The notes beneath the pieces were generated by a model, which saw only the letters and a list, made by a program, of their open reading frames with translations, had not been told where the DNA came from and did no database searches. The position numbers and the translations under genes are program-made. Below are positions 54,609 to 64,000 of a stretch of 64,000 nt of DNA, piece after piece (position 1 is the first letter of the stretch; each line of letters begins with the position of its first letter). Origin of the DNA: Candidatus Omnitrophota bacterium (GTDB lineage: Bacteria; Omnitrophota; Gorgyraeia; Ghiorseimicrobiales; Ghiorseimicrobiaceae); assembly GCA_030681595.1 (NCBI GenBank), contig JAUXSB010000012.1:9377-73376 (forward strand), written 5' to 3'.

Positions 54609-56165
54609 CTAATAATGCTCGTCATGTTCATGCACATCCGGCTTTGGCGCAAATGCGCTGGGATCCTTACCGATTTTTTTATAATAATCGGCTAAGGCCG
54701 CCCTCAGTGCCTGCTCGGCTAAAACCGAACAATGCATTTTTATCGGCGGAAGCCCTCCCAGCGCCTCCGCAACGGCCCTATTGGAAATCGTAAGGGCCTC
54801 TTCTATAGACTTACCTTTGACTAAATCCGTAACCATGGAACTGGTGGCAACTGCCGCGCCACAGCCAAAGGTTTTAAATTTAACATCTATTATTATACCA
54901 TCTTTTATCTTTATGTACAATTTCATTACGTCGCCGCAGTTATGCAAAGTTACGGCATTAGACACATAGGAATGCGCGCCTTCTACTTCTAAATTATAAA
55001 CTAACCCGTCATATTTAAGGGGGGTTATTTTCCTGATAGTCGTATAATAAAAGTTATCATCCACCCAAGATTTATGCCTAATTTGCTGGTTTTCCCTTAT
55101 CTTCAAATCTAACCCCATAATTTTTATTATTTTTTCTAAAGAATTATCTTCTTGAATATAAAACAAGAAGCTCTTTTTATGGATTCCGTAAGCCTTGCCT
55201 TGAGAAAAATTGCTTATAATCTTCTGCCTTAATAAGAGCAGCCTTAATTGATAGGCAAGATTCCGGGATATAGTCACATACTTTGCCCGCTGACGTTTTA
55301 AATCTATACATCCGTCGCCTCTGAACATGCCGCATAATAAAGCCTTTTGTTTCCCCAACGGCAACTCCAGCATCCATTGAGGCAGATGCTTATTTATCGC
55401 GCCTTTACCGAATTGAGCCTCAAAAAATCTTGCCAAGCGCGCTGAATAAAACGGCAAATCTAGCGCTGTGCCGCGCCTATTGTGCATCAACTTGCCCGGC
55501 GTAACATTAAAAACTTTCTTCATAAGCGCTAATACATCATCTATATAGGATTTTTCCTTTGAATTAAATACAAACCCTATCGTTCCTTTGCAATCATCTG
55601 TGCGCACATACCCCTCAGCTATGTAATAACCTACGAGGCGGCAGAAATTATTATTTATTTTTATCTCTTCGGGCAATGCCCTGCTTTTAAAATCCCATTT
55701 TGGTATATCTATCCCAAATTTAATATTCTTTTGGTCGTTATCCTGACGAGGAATGGGGTACAAAATTATATCGCCCTTTCTTAATTCTTCCGCCGCGTAC
55801 CAATCAGGAGTTTGCCCCGTATGCAGCTTAAATTTATCCCGCCTGCCTGCCTTTAAAGCCAAAATCTTATGCTCCGGAGTCAGCTCTGAAATACCAAGAT
55901 TGTTCACGGTAAAACGATAAATTTCTCCTTTGTACGGCCGACTGTGAATAATCTCAATCTCATGGTACTTCCCGTCGTGCCCCAAAACCCGCCTACCCTT
56001 TAAAAGGCTGCTAATTTCTTCTACATTTGGATTGGTAAAAATCAGGGTGTCAGGAGTGACACATATCGGATTACCCACGGTCCCTACGCCATCGGCATCT
56101 GGGATTTCGCCCACGTTATGCGGGTTCTGGAAATGCTGCATTACTTTTTCGCTATATTGCTCCAT
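54609..56165 (-). CDS. iscU: IscU/NifU-type Fe-S cluster scaffold protein interrupted by a 375-aa intein
   Basis: Exteins MEQYSEKVMQHFQNPHNVGE...GNPI and CGDVMKLYIKIKDGIIIDVKFKTFGCGAAVATSSMVTDLVKGKS...MHCSVLAEQAL align colinearly with canonical IscU (GAPACGDVMKL...). Confidence 0.85.
   Translation of the reverse strand: MEQYSEKVMQHFQNPHNVGEIPDADGVGTVGNPICVTPDTLIFTNPNVEEISSLLKGRRVLGHDGKYHEIEIIHSRPYKGEIYRFTVNNLGISELTPEHKILALKAGRRDKFKLHTGQTPDWYAAEELRKGDIILYPIPRQDNDQKNIKFGIDIPKWDFKSRALPEEIKINNNFCRLVGYYIAEGYVRTDDCKGTIGFVFNSKEKSYIDDVLALMKKVFNVTPGKLMHNRRGTALDLPFYSARLARFFEAQFGKGAINKHLPQWMLELPLGKQKALLCGMFRGDGCIDLKRQRAKYVTISRNLAYQLRLLLLRQKIISNFSQGKAYGIHKKSFLFYIQEDNSLEKIIKIMGLDLKIRENQQIRHKSWVDDNFYYTTIRKITPLKYDGLVYNLEVEGAHSYVSNAVTLHNCGDVMKLYIKIKDGIIIDVKFKTFGCGAAVATSSMVTDLVKGKSIEEALTISNRAVAEALGGLPPIKMHCSVLAEQALRAALADYYKKIGKDPSAFAPKPDVHEHDEHY
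54939..56063 (-). other. Intein (375 aa) with a LAGLIDADG homing-endonuclease domain, inserted immediately before the conserved cluster-ligand Cys of IscU
   Basis: Starts with Cys (CVTPDTLIF). Block B TPEHKILAL. LAGLIDADG-like motifs LVGYYIAEGY and LLCGMFRGDGCI. Ends VEGAHSYVSNAVTLHN followed by a +1 Cys. Confidence 0.8.
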
Positions 56166-56387
56166 TTTCCTCTTCCTCCAAACTATACAATATAGATTAT
56201 AAGACTATTTTAGTATAATATGCTGATGTTTCAAGAGTTTTTTCAAGTAAAATTTTCCGGCTGGCGTTTAAATTTTGCTTGATGCCCCGCCACAAAGCGT
56301 TGGCGGGCAGGCTGCAAATGCTTTTGCGGCGCAAAGATTAAATGATCTGTTAACGAATAAAAACCCATATTTAAGGCTTGCTCCTCT

Positions 56388-57737
56388 TTAGGCTCCCCCC
56401 AGTTTCTCCAGCCTCTCTTTTATTATTTTCTCATAGCCTAAACCTATCGGCTGGTAATATTTTTTCTTTTTAGAGAGATACTCCTGTTTCACAAAATGCC
56501 CGGGGTAATCGTGAGCATACTTATAATCTTTGCCTCTGCCTAATTTTTCCGCTGATTTATATGAAGCATCCTTTAAATGATCCGGCACTTCTTGGGTGCG
56601 CTCGCGTTCTACGTCATTATATGCCGCCTCTATGGCAACATAGCTTGCGTTAGATTTTGGAGCGCTTGCCACATAAATTGCCGCCTGCGCTAAAGGGATA
56701 CGCGCCTCGGGCATCCCGATAAATTCACAGACCTGATAAGCGGCATTAGCCAAAACCAGCGCTTGCGGGTCGGCATTGCCCACATCTTCGGCAGCACAAA
56801 TACAGATTCTGCGCGCGATAAAACGGGGGTCTTCTCCGGCGTAAAGCATCTTTGCCAACCAGTAAACTGCCGCGTCTGGGTCAGAGCCGCGCATGGACTT
56901 AATAAATACCGATACCGTATCATAATGAGCATCGCCCTTTTTATCGTATAGAACCGCTTTTCTCTGTACCGATTCCTCTATGGCTTTTAAAGTGATGTTT
57001 ATTTTCTTATCGGGCCCTTCTTCACAGGTAGCGGCGGCGATCTCTAGGGCGTTAAGTGCGCGCCTGGCATCGCCTCCGCATATTTTAGCTAAAAAGCTTG
57101 CCGCGTCCTCGCCCATAACCGCTTTCATGCTTCCCAGGCCGCGCTCACTATCTGTCAATGCGCGCAGGATAATCTTTTTTAAGCCTGTTTCCTCTAGCGG
57201 CTTTAATTCAAAAACCAAGGAACGCGAAACTAAAGGCGGGATAATATAAAAGAACGGATTCTCTATTGTTGCGCCGATTAAAATAACATTGCCTTCTTCA
57301 ACATCTTCCAGTAATACATCCTGCTGGGCCTTATTAAAACGGTGTGCCTCATCAATAAAAAGTATGGTTTTAGTTTTGGTGTCTCTTTTACGCAGCTTTG
57401 CCTTAAAGATTGCCTTGCGCAGCTCATCGACATTGGAACTTACCGCATTAATGTGCTCAAAATAAGACCGGGTAATCTTGCTGATGCAATAGGCAAGGCT
57501 GGTTTTGCCGCATCCGGCAGGGCCGTAAAAAATAAGTGATGATAATTTGTCTGCTTCAATGGCGCGGCGAAGAAGTTTTCCTTTGGCTAAAATATGCTCC
57601 TGGCCGGCAAAGTCTTCTAGCGTTTCAGGCCGCATCCGTACGGCAAGAGGCAAATCTTTATTATCGACTGAAACGGGCTCTTTTTGGAATAAATCTATTT
57701 TCTCTTTATCGGCGTTTTCCATAACCATCCCCGCCAC
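56388..57737 (-). CDS. rarA: Replication-associated recombination protein A (RarA/MgsA AAA+ ATPase)
   Basis: [15 protein letters not shown] Walker A, AAA+ lid, MgsA C-terminal domain. Confidence 0.9.
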   Translation of the reverse strand: MAGMVMENADKEKIDLFQKEPVSVDNKDLPLAVRMRPETLEDFAGQEHILAKGKLLRRAIEADKLSSLIFYGPAGCGKTSLAYCISKITRSYFEHINAVSSNVDELRKAIFKAKLRKRDTKTKTILFIDEAHRFNKAQQDVLLEDVEEGNVILIGATIENPFFYIIPPLVSRSLVFELKPLEETGLKKIILRALTDSERGLGSMKAVMGEDAASFLAKICGGDARRALNALEIAAATCEEGPDKKINITLKAIEESVQRKAVLYDKKGDAHYDTVSVFIKSMRGSDPDAAVYWLAKMLYAGEDPRFIARRICICAAEDVGNADPQALVLANAAYQVCEFIGMPEARIPLAQAAIYVASAPKSNASYVAIEAAYNDVERERTQEVPDHLKDASYKSAEKLGRGKDYKYAHDYPGHFVKQEYLSKKKKYYQPIGLGYEKIIKERLEKLGGA

Positions 57738-57783
57738 AATGTATCGGCGGATTTTTTCGCGCCTATAGCTTATGTGCTTAAAA

Positions 57784-57903
57784 CCCCGTTAGCGATAAGC
57801 CGCCGCAGGCGGCTGTCTCTCTGGCTGCAGGTTGATTTTTAGCTATCGCTTCCATAAGAAACAATTAGCTTTTAACTCGCTACATCCGTCATCTCTAACG
57901 GGG
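57784..57903. repeat. Rep-C element (120 bp; CCCCGTTAGCGATA...ATCTCTAACGGGG) with an internal palindrome AGCCGCCGCAGGCGGCT
   Basis: Read directly, upstream of rarA. Confidence 0.75.
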
Positions 57904-58144
57904 TAAAAAAAATCCCCGCTTATGCCGTTGCTGCCGTGATAAACCTGAACCCATTCTCCAGGTGGGCGCCTTTTTAAGCCGCCCTCGGGCGGCGCATATA
58001 ACAGCGCCCTTAAAAATTGTGTTGGTTCAACTTTTTCACGGTGCAGACGAACACTGCAGGGAATCTTATCTTCTATAAAAAAGTATAGCACAGAAAAAAT
58101 AAAAATCAATACTCTTCGCGCTATGCCCGGATTTAAAAACTGCC

Positions 58145-58675
58145 TTATTCATCCGTAAAACTGAACACCTTGCCATCAAGCAATAACATTTTAATGGCGG
58201 CATTGCCAGATTTATCGATAGATACTTTCACGCCAAGATTTTTCCCCCGCGCACTTTCTATCCTTTTTCCCTTTCCTTCAGGCACGAAATAACTTTCAAT
58301 GCCGTATTCTACATTTAAAATCCCGCCATTAATATTTTTTACTATCCCGCGGATAAATAAAGCTTCGTTTTTCGGGCGGCTGCTATAAATCATCTGCGGA
58401 ATTGCGTATTCAGTTTTTGTATCAAGGGATACATAGACCCTGTCTTTAACGCCGAAACCTACGCGATCCGCTAAAATATTATCCAAATTGAGTGTGCTGA
58501 TATCATAGGTTAAAATAACATAGTCTCCCCTAAATAAATCCCTTGGGTCAACCGGTGCTGTTTTTAATAAAACCTCCCTGCCTGTTCGAAGCGTAAATTC
58601 TTTTACGGATATGAAGCCGAAAATTATGATTAGCCAAAAGACCCCTATGATAAAAAATGAATTTTTCTTTACCAT
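58145..58675 (-). CDS. GDYXXLXY-domain protein
   Basis: N-terminal transmembrane helix, then ...DPRDLFRGDYVILTYDIS. Confidence 0.7.
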   Translation of the reverse strand: MVKKNSFFIIGVFWLIIIFGFISVKEFTLRTGREVLLKTAPVDPRDLFRGDYVILTYDISTLNLDNILADRVGFGVKDRVYVSLDTKTEYAIPQMIYSSRPKNEALFIRGIVKNINGGILNVEYGIESYFVPEGKGKRIESARGKNLGVKVSIDKSGNAAIKMLLLDGKVFSFTDE

Positions 58676-58676
58676 A

Positions 58677-59861
58677 TTAAACCCTAAATCTTTCCTTTAA
58701 TTGCCTGCGCTTTTTCTCAAAGGCGATTCCGCCCAATATAAGAATAAGCCCGCCGGACATAAAGAAAACCGATCTGGGAAGCAAATTCCAGAAAAAATCA
58801 AAATATCGCACGATAATAAGCGACGCAAGATAAGACATCCCGATATTTATTAGTTTTATGTCTTCTCTTTGATAGCCTACAAGAATGAGAATAAAGATAA
58901 CGCCTGCCAAGATAAGATTAAATAATATGGTAAAGAAATTCGAAGGCGGCCGAGAAAAGAAAAATATTATGGCTGTTATCAACAGGCCTATGCTGATAGA
59001 GCCTTCGAGGATCGCCGTATCTGAATTAGCAGGATTAAAAATGAGATTAACGACTGCAAAGATTACAGAAAGAAATGAAAAAATAATTAGTCCCGCCATA
59101 AATTGTTCGGATATTTGCGTAATCGACCTGATATTAAAGCCTTCCTGATGCCCGGAAAAAAATCTGAACGTAAGAAGGAATAGCGTAAGAGTAACTACTT
59201 TAATGCCGGCAATTCTATATGTGCGGGCGACTGCTTTTAAATCACCCGAGATATAATGTAACCCGCCTGCGCCAAAAAGTAAGATGCCCGTAATCAAATA
59301 CAAAACAGGCAAATAAAAAATGTCGCCAAACGATTTCTCAAAACCTACGTTTCTGCAAACAAATAATCCTACCCAGAGATAAAATAAAAACGCTGACAGT
59401 CCCGCGATAGGCAAAGACTTAAGTGCATACACCAAGGGGATAATCCCTATCAACCAGATTAAAACCAGCGTATGGCTATTGGCATTAATATTATACATCT
59501 GCGCAATCAGGAATATGGTCGCGCCAAATAAAAGCGCGCCCAAAAATAATAAAGCGGCTCCTGCTTTTGGCAAATTTTCTTTTTGATACCTAAAAATATA
59601 CCCTAAGTAATGAGATACAAAGGTAGAGCCTAAAAGAAGCAAGATCTTTATAACGCGCGGGATTACCACCCAATTAGAAGCAACGAATAAAATAGCTCCT
59701 ATGCCCAGAAGCAACGCTCCGATAGTCGAAATCGTGGTAATTAATTTATTGGATATTTGCTCTTCTTTATACTGGATGGTATCGGAAAGCATCTTTTTGG
59801 CTTGTTCTTGAGTAATGGTTCCGTCGCGTAACCAACTTTCAATCTGCTCTTTGCCTACCAT
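58677..59861 (-). CDS. Polytopic membrane protein (DUF2157-like), the usual partner of GDYXXLXY proteins
   Basis: About 10 transmembrane helices. The stop lies 2 nt before the GDYXXLXY gene start. Confidence 0.55.
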   Translation of the reverse strand: MVGKEQIESWLRDGTITQEQAKKMLSDTIQYKEEQISNKLITTISTIGALLLGIGAILFVASNWVVIPRVIKILLLLGSTFVSHYLGYIFRYQKENLPKAGAALLFLGALLFGATIFLIAQMYNINANSHTLVLIWLIGIIPLVYALKSLPIAGLSAFLFYLWVGLFVCRNVGFEKSFGDIFYLPVLYLITGILLFGAGGLHYISGDLKAVARTYRIAGIKVVTLTLFLLTFRFFSGHQEGFNIRSITQISEQFMAGLIIFSFLSVIFAVVNLIFNPANSDTAILEGSISIGLLITAIIFFFSRPPSNFFTILFNLILAGVIFILILVGYQREDIKLINIGMSYLASLIIVRYFDFFWNLLPRSVFFMSGGLILILGGIAFEKKRRQLKERFRV

Positions 59862-59892
59862 AATTTGACCTCCGGCTCTTTGGAAATCCAGA

Positions 59893-61997
59893 TCAACGTA
59901 TTTTTATTCCTAGCCTCTCTACCAGATTATCCAAAATCTGCTTATGTAAAACATCCACTTCCTCATCTTTTAAGGTACGTTCGGACGAAATATATTCCAG
60001 TGAAATCAAAAGATTCTTAACGCCTTCTGCTACCTGCTTGCCGCAGTATTCTTCAAGCAGGCTTACTTCCGAAACTGCCCCCCCGGCAGAGGCTAAAGCT
60101 ATTTCGCGAACGTCGCTAAATGGTGTATCTTTTTTTATAACTAAACTAATATCCCTCCTTATCGAAGGATACTGCGAATAAGGCTTAAAGGCTTTGATAG
60201 CGCTAAAACGCCGTGCAACTCCCTGCAGAGAAACCTGCGCAATAAATATATTCTTCTGTTTTATGTCGTAATTTTCTAATATAGCGGCATCCACTTCTCC
60301 GATTAAGCCTATTTTTTCCGCGTCAAGCATAATAGCAAAAGAAACTCCTTGTTTGAATAAAGGAGACTCCTCGGCAATAAATCTGTATCCATCTATCCCT
60401 AACTTTGAAAACATCTGCTCCAGACAGCCTTTTAAATCAAAAAAACCAGCCTCGCGCCTGCCCGGGCTCTGCCAATCTAAATCTAACTTGCCGTGCATGG
60501 CTAAACCCAAGGCTAAACTCTCCGAAGGGCAACTATTATTTTTAGCGCCGAATACCCTGCCTAATTCAAAAATTCTGATACGGCTATTTTTACGGTTAAG
60601 GTTATAGGCTGTGCTAGCCAATAGAGAGGAGAAAAGATCCGGCCTTAAAATTTCTTGATCTTTACTTAAGGGGTTTTCTATTTCTACCGGCTGGATTAAC
60701 CCTTCGGCCCTGTTCTTCCTAAGCGCATCGCGTGAAGCTAAACTATAATTAATCACTTCGCTAAAACCCGAGGCAGTCAAAATATTTTTAATTTCCCGTG
60801 TTAATCGGGCGTCTACGCTATGCCCTGCCAAATGTTTCAATTTTAACGCCTCGATAATCCGCGGCTGGATATACGGCAATGTGCTTGGGGTTTTATCGTA
60901 TCCGTAAACGCGGGCGACTTCCTCGATTAAATCTTCTTCAATGCTTACATCTTGGCGGAAAGAAGGGACGTAAACAGCTGCAAGCTGCAAGCTGCAAGCT
61001 GCAAGCTTAAAACCTAAGGCGGAAAGGATTTGTTTAATTTTTGCTGCAGATAGAGCTATGCCGAGTATTCGCTCGCATTTTTCTATAGATAGTTTTATTT
61101 TTTTCTTCTTAAGCCTTGGCTTTTTAATGCCTTGCGTCTGACAAGAAATAATTTCTCCGCCGCATAATTCTGTGATTAATTCAACTGCTCTTTGCGTGGC
61201 AATACCTACGCCTTCAGTGTCAACTTTGCGCTCAAATCGATAAGATGAATCACTAGAAATTCCCAGCGCTCTTACGCCGCGGCGCACCACTAACGGGTCA
61301 AACTGCGCGCTTTCTAAAAGGATGTTTTTAGTCTCTTCGCTTACTTCTGTGTTTTTGCCGCCGGTAATACCGGCAACTGCTATCGGCTTATTGGCATCGG
61401 CTATAACTAAAATATTTTCATTTAATACCTTCTTTAATCCATCTATTGTAACAATCTCTTCGCCTTTTTTCGCCCTTCTTATAATTATCTCCGGCTTGCA
61501 GCTTGTAAGCTTATCCAAATCAAACGCATGCAGAGGCTGTCCTGTTTCATATAAAATATAATTCGTGATATCCACGACATTATTTATCGGACGCAGGCCG
61601 ACTGCCCGAAGCCGCTTTTGCATCCATTCCGGGGAAGGCGTAACTTTTACGCCCTCAATTATAGTTGCCGTGTATAGCGGGCAATCTTTCCTGTTCTCAA
61701 TTTGAACAGAGAACAGCTTCAGGCCGCAGGCTTCAGGCCGCAGGCTTTTTTTTGCTTGGGGCTTGGGGCTTGCAGCTTGCAGCTTTTTGCCCGTAATCGC
61801 TGCTACCTCTCTGGCAATACCTATTACGTTCAACCAATCCGGCCGGTTTGAAGTAATCTCGACTTCAAATACAAAATCCCCGTCCTTCGGCTCAATGGCT
61901 TTTACTTCTAAGCCAGCCATAGTCAACTTCTCTGCCAGCGCTTGCGGCGATAGTTTAATCTCTACAAAATCCTTTAGCCAATTGTAAGTTGTTTTCA

Positions 61998-61998
<1 letters not shown>
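59893..61998 (-). CDS. pheT: Phenylalanine--tRNA ligase beta subunit; contains in-frame heptanucleotide tandem repeats
   Basis: MKTTYNWLKDFVEIKLSPQALAEKLTMAGLEVKAIE. (GCTGCAA)x4 at 60975-61006; 14-mer x2 and 7-mer x2 repeats at 61715-61790. Confidence 0.9.
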
Positions 61999-63119
<1,121 letters not shown>

Positions 63120-63573
63120 AGCAAAACCCCTGCTAAATAAATTACTAAATTTTGTTTATATTTTGGCCAGGCGCGCTCTTTTAATTCTCCTGATTTTATT
63201 TTGACTATCTCTTCAGCGTGAATATCTAAATCTCCGCCATGAATAAGGCAGGCGCGGTTAAACCCGCCCTTTACTTTTAACCAGTCTCCTGTAGCGGCAT
63301 AGCTTCCGGAAAAATTTATCATATTTAAAAAATCTCTCGCTGCCCATACACCGATTGCGTTTTCCCCGTCATTAACATTTACCCAGCCGTAATCTCCGCG
63401 CCGCATTACTTCACCGACTGCCTCGCCTTCATATTCAACAACCTTCCCGTCATATTGCTTAGCGTTCTCAATCAGCTCTTTGCTGGAGATAGGCTCAGCA
63501 AAACAAGAGGGATAAGGGATAAGGGATAAGCTAATAACATAAAAAACAATAAACCCGTAACCCTTAACCCTCA

Positions 63574-64000
63574 TTACCATTTCCCCTTCACCGCCGCCAC
63601 AAAAAATCCTAAAAGCACAAAGATAGACATAAATTCTAATCTTCCCGCCCACATTTGTAATATATAAGTAACTTTTAAAGCTGCGGGCATGCCGATGTTA
63701 GTAATCCCGCAGGAAAGCCCCACATTTGCCCCTGCAGAGGTCGATTCAAAAAGTGCGTACAAAAATGTATTGCCGTAAAACATCCCCACAATAGCGCCCG
63801 CCCAATATAAAAATAAATAAATAAGAGTAATTATCAACGCTGGCCTCACCTGTGAATCTTGCAAGAATATATTCTGAATATGGTGGAACTTCTGCACTAT
63901 TATGGCTTTTTCCGGCAATATAATACGCTTGATATCCTGCACCAACGCCTTAAAAATAATGCCGAGGCGTAACATTTTTATCCCGCCTGTTGTAGAACAA
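63574..64000 (-). CDS. TrkH/KtrB-family cation transporter, C-terminal part (the gene continues beyond the window end)
   Basis: FESTSAGANVGLSCGITNIG is the TrkH selectivity/pore-loop-like motif. The frame stays open upstream of the ORF-track Met through position 64000. Confidence 0.6.
   Translation of the reverse strand, partial: CSTTGGIKMLRLGIIFKALVQDIKRIILPEKAIIVQKFHHIQNIFLQDSQVRPALIITLIYLFLYWAGAIVGMFYGNTFLYALFESTSAGANVGLSCGITNIGMPAALKVTYILQMWAGRLEFMSIFVLLGFFVAAVKGKW

Overview
This 64-kb window is a bacterial chromosomal segment of moderate AT content. Gene style and unusual fusions suggest an uncultivated anaerobe, but no lineage assignment is attempted.

- **1-20.7 kb, almost all minus strand: a Tad/Flp pilus locus.** It encodes a PrsA-like PPIase lipoprotein, CpaB, a CpaC secretin carrying a TonB-C-like tail, a single-polypeptide CpaE-CpaF fusion, DUF192, TadB, TadC, at least eight Flp-type pilin paralogs, two TadE-like proteins and one TadG-like protein. 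Three of the pilin genes are below the ORF-track cutoff. A second Flp pilin and a giant secreted protein (more than 1180 aa, N-terminal C39-like peptidase domain) that runs off the window start lie at the far end.
- **Mobile insertion splitting the pilus locus.** A Y1/HUH (IS200/RAYT-like) transposase flanked by identical 37-bp palindromes, plus a 526-aa putative DDE transposase, sit between DUF192 and tadB.
- **20.7-35 kb.** tRNA-Glu, a FIST sensor / histidine kinase / REC-GGDEF(GGDDF) module, a 958-aa AsmA/TamB-like protein, tRNA-Pro, tRNA-Arg, tRNA-His, two convergent B12-binding-like proteins (one a canonical radical SAM), and an ABC-F ATPase.
- **35-64 kb: a housekeeping block.** FabK/NMO-family oxidoreductase, cspA, mazG-like, rsmI, glmS, DJ-1/PfpI, tRNA-Leu with a duplicated 3' end, a second ABC-F, tRNA-Gln, gltX, a four-subunit 2-oxoacid:ferredoxin oxidoreductase, dxs, xseB, xseA, ymdB, rny, 5-formyl-THF cyclo-ligase, an IscU/NifU scaffold interrupted by a 375-aa LAGLIDADG intein, rarA, a GDYXXLXY/DUF2157 pair, pheT, pheS, and a partial TrkH/KtrB gene.
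- **Four short repeat families** are scattered through the intergenic regions; one copy of one family sits in-frame inside the putative transposase gene.
- **Heptanucleotide tandem repeats** lie in-frame inside pheS, pheT and other genes.
- No CRISPR array, rRNA or prophage was seen.

Every call is made by eye from the sequence and the supplied ORF track; no searches were run.
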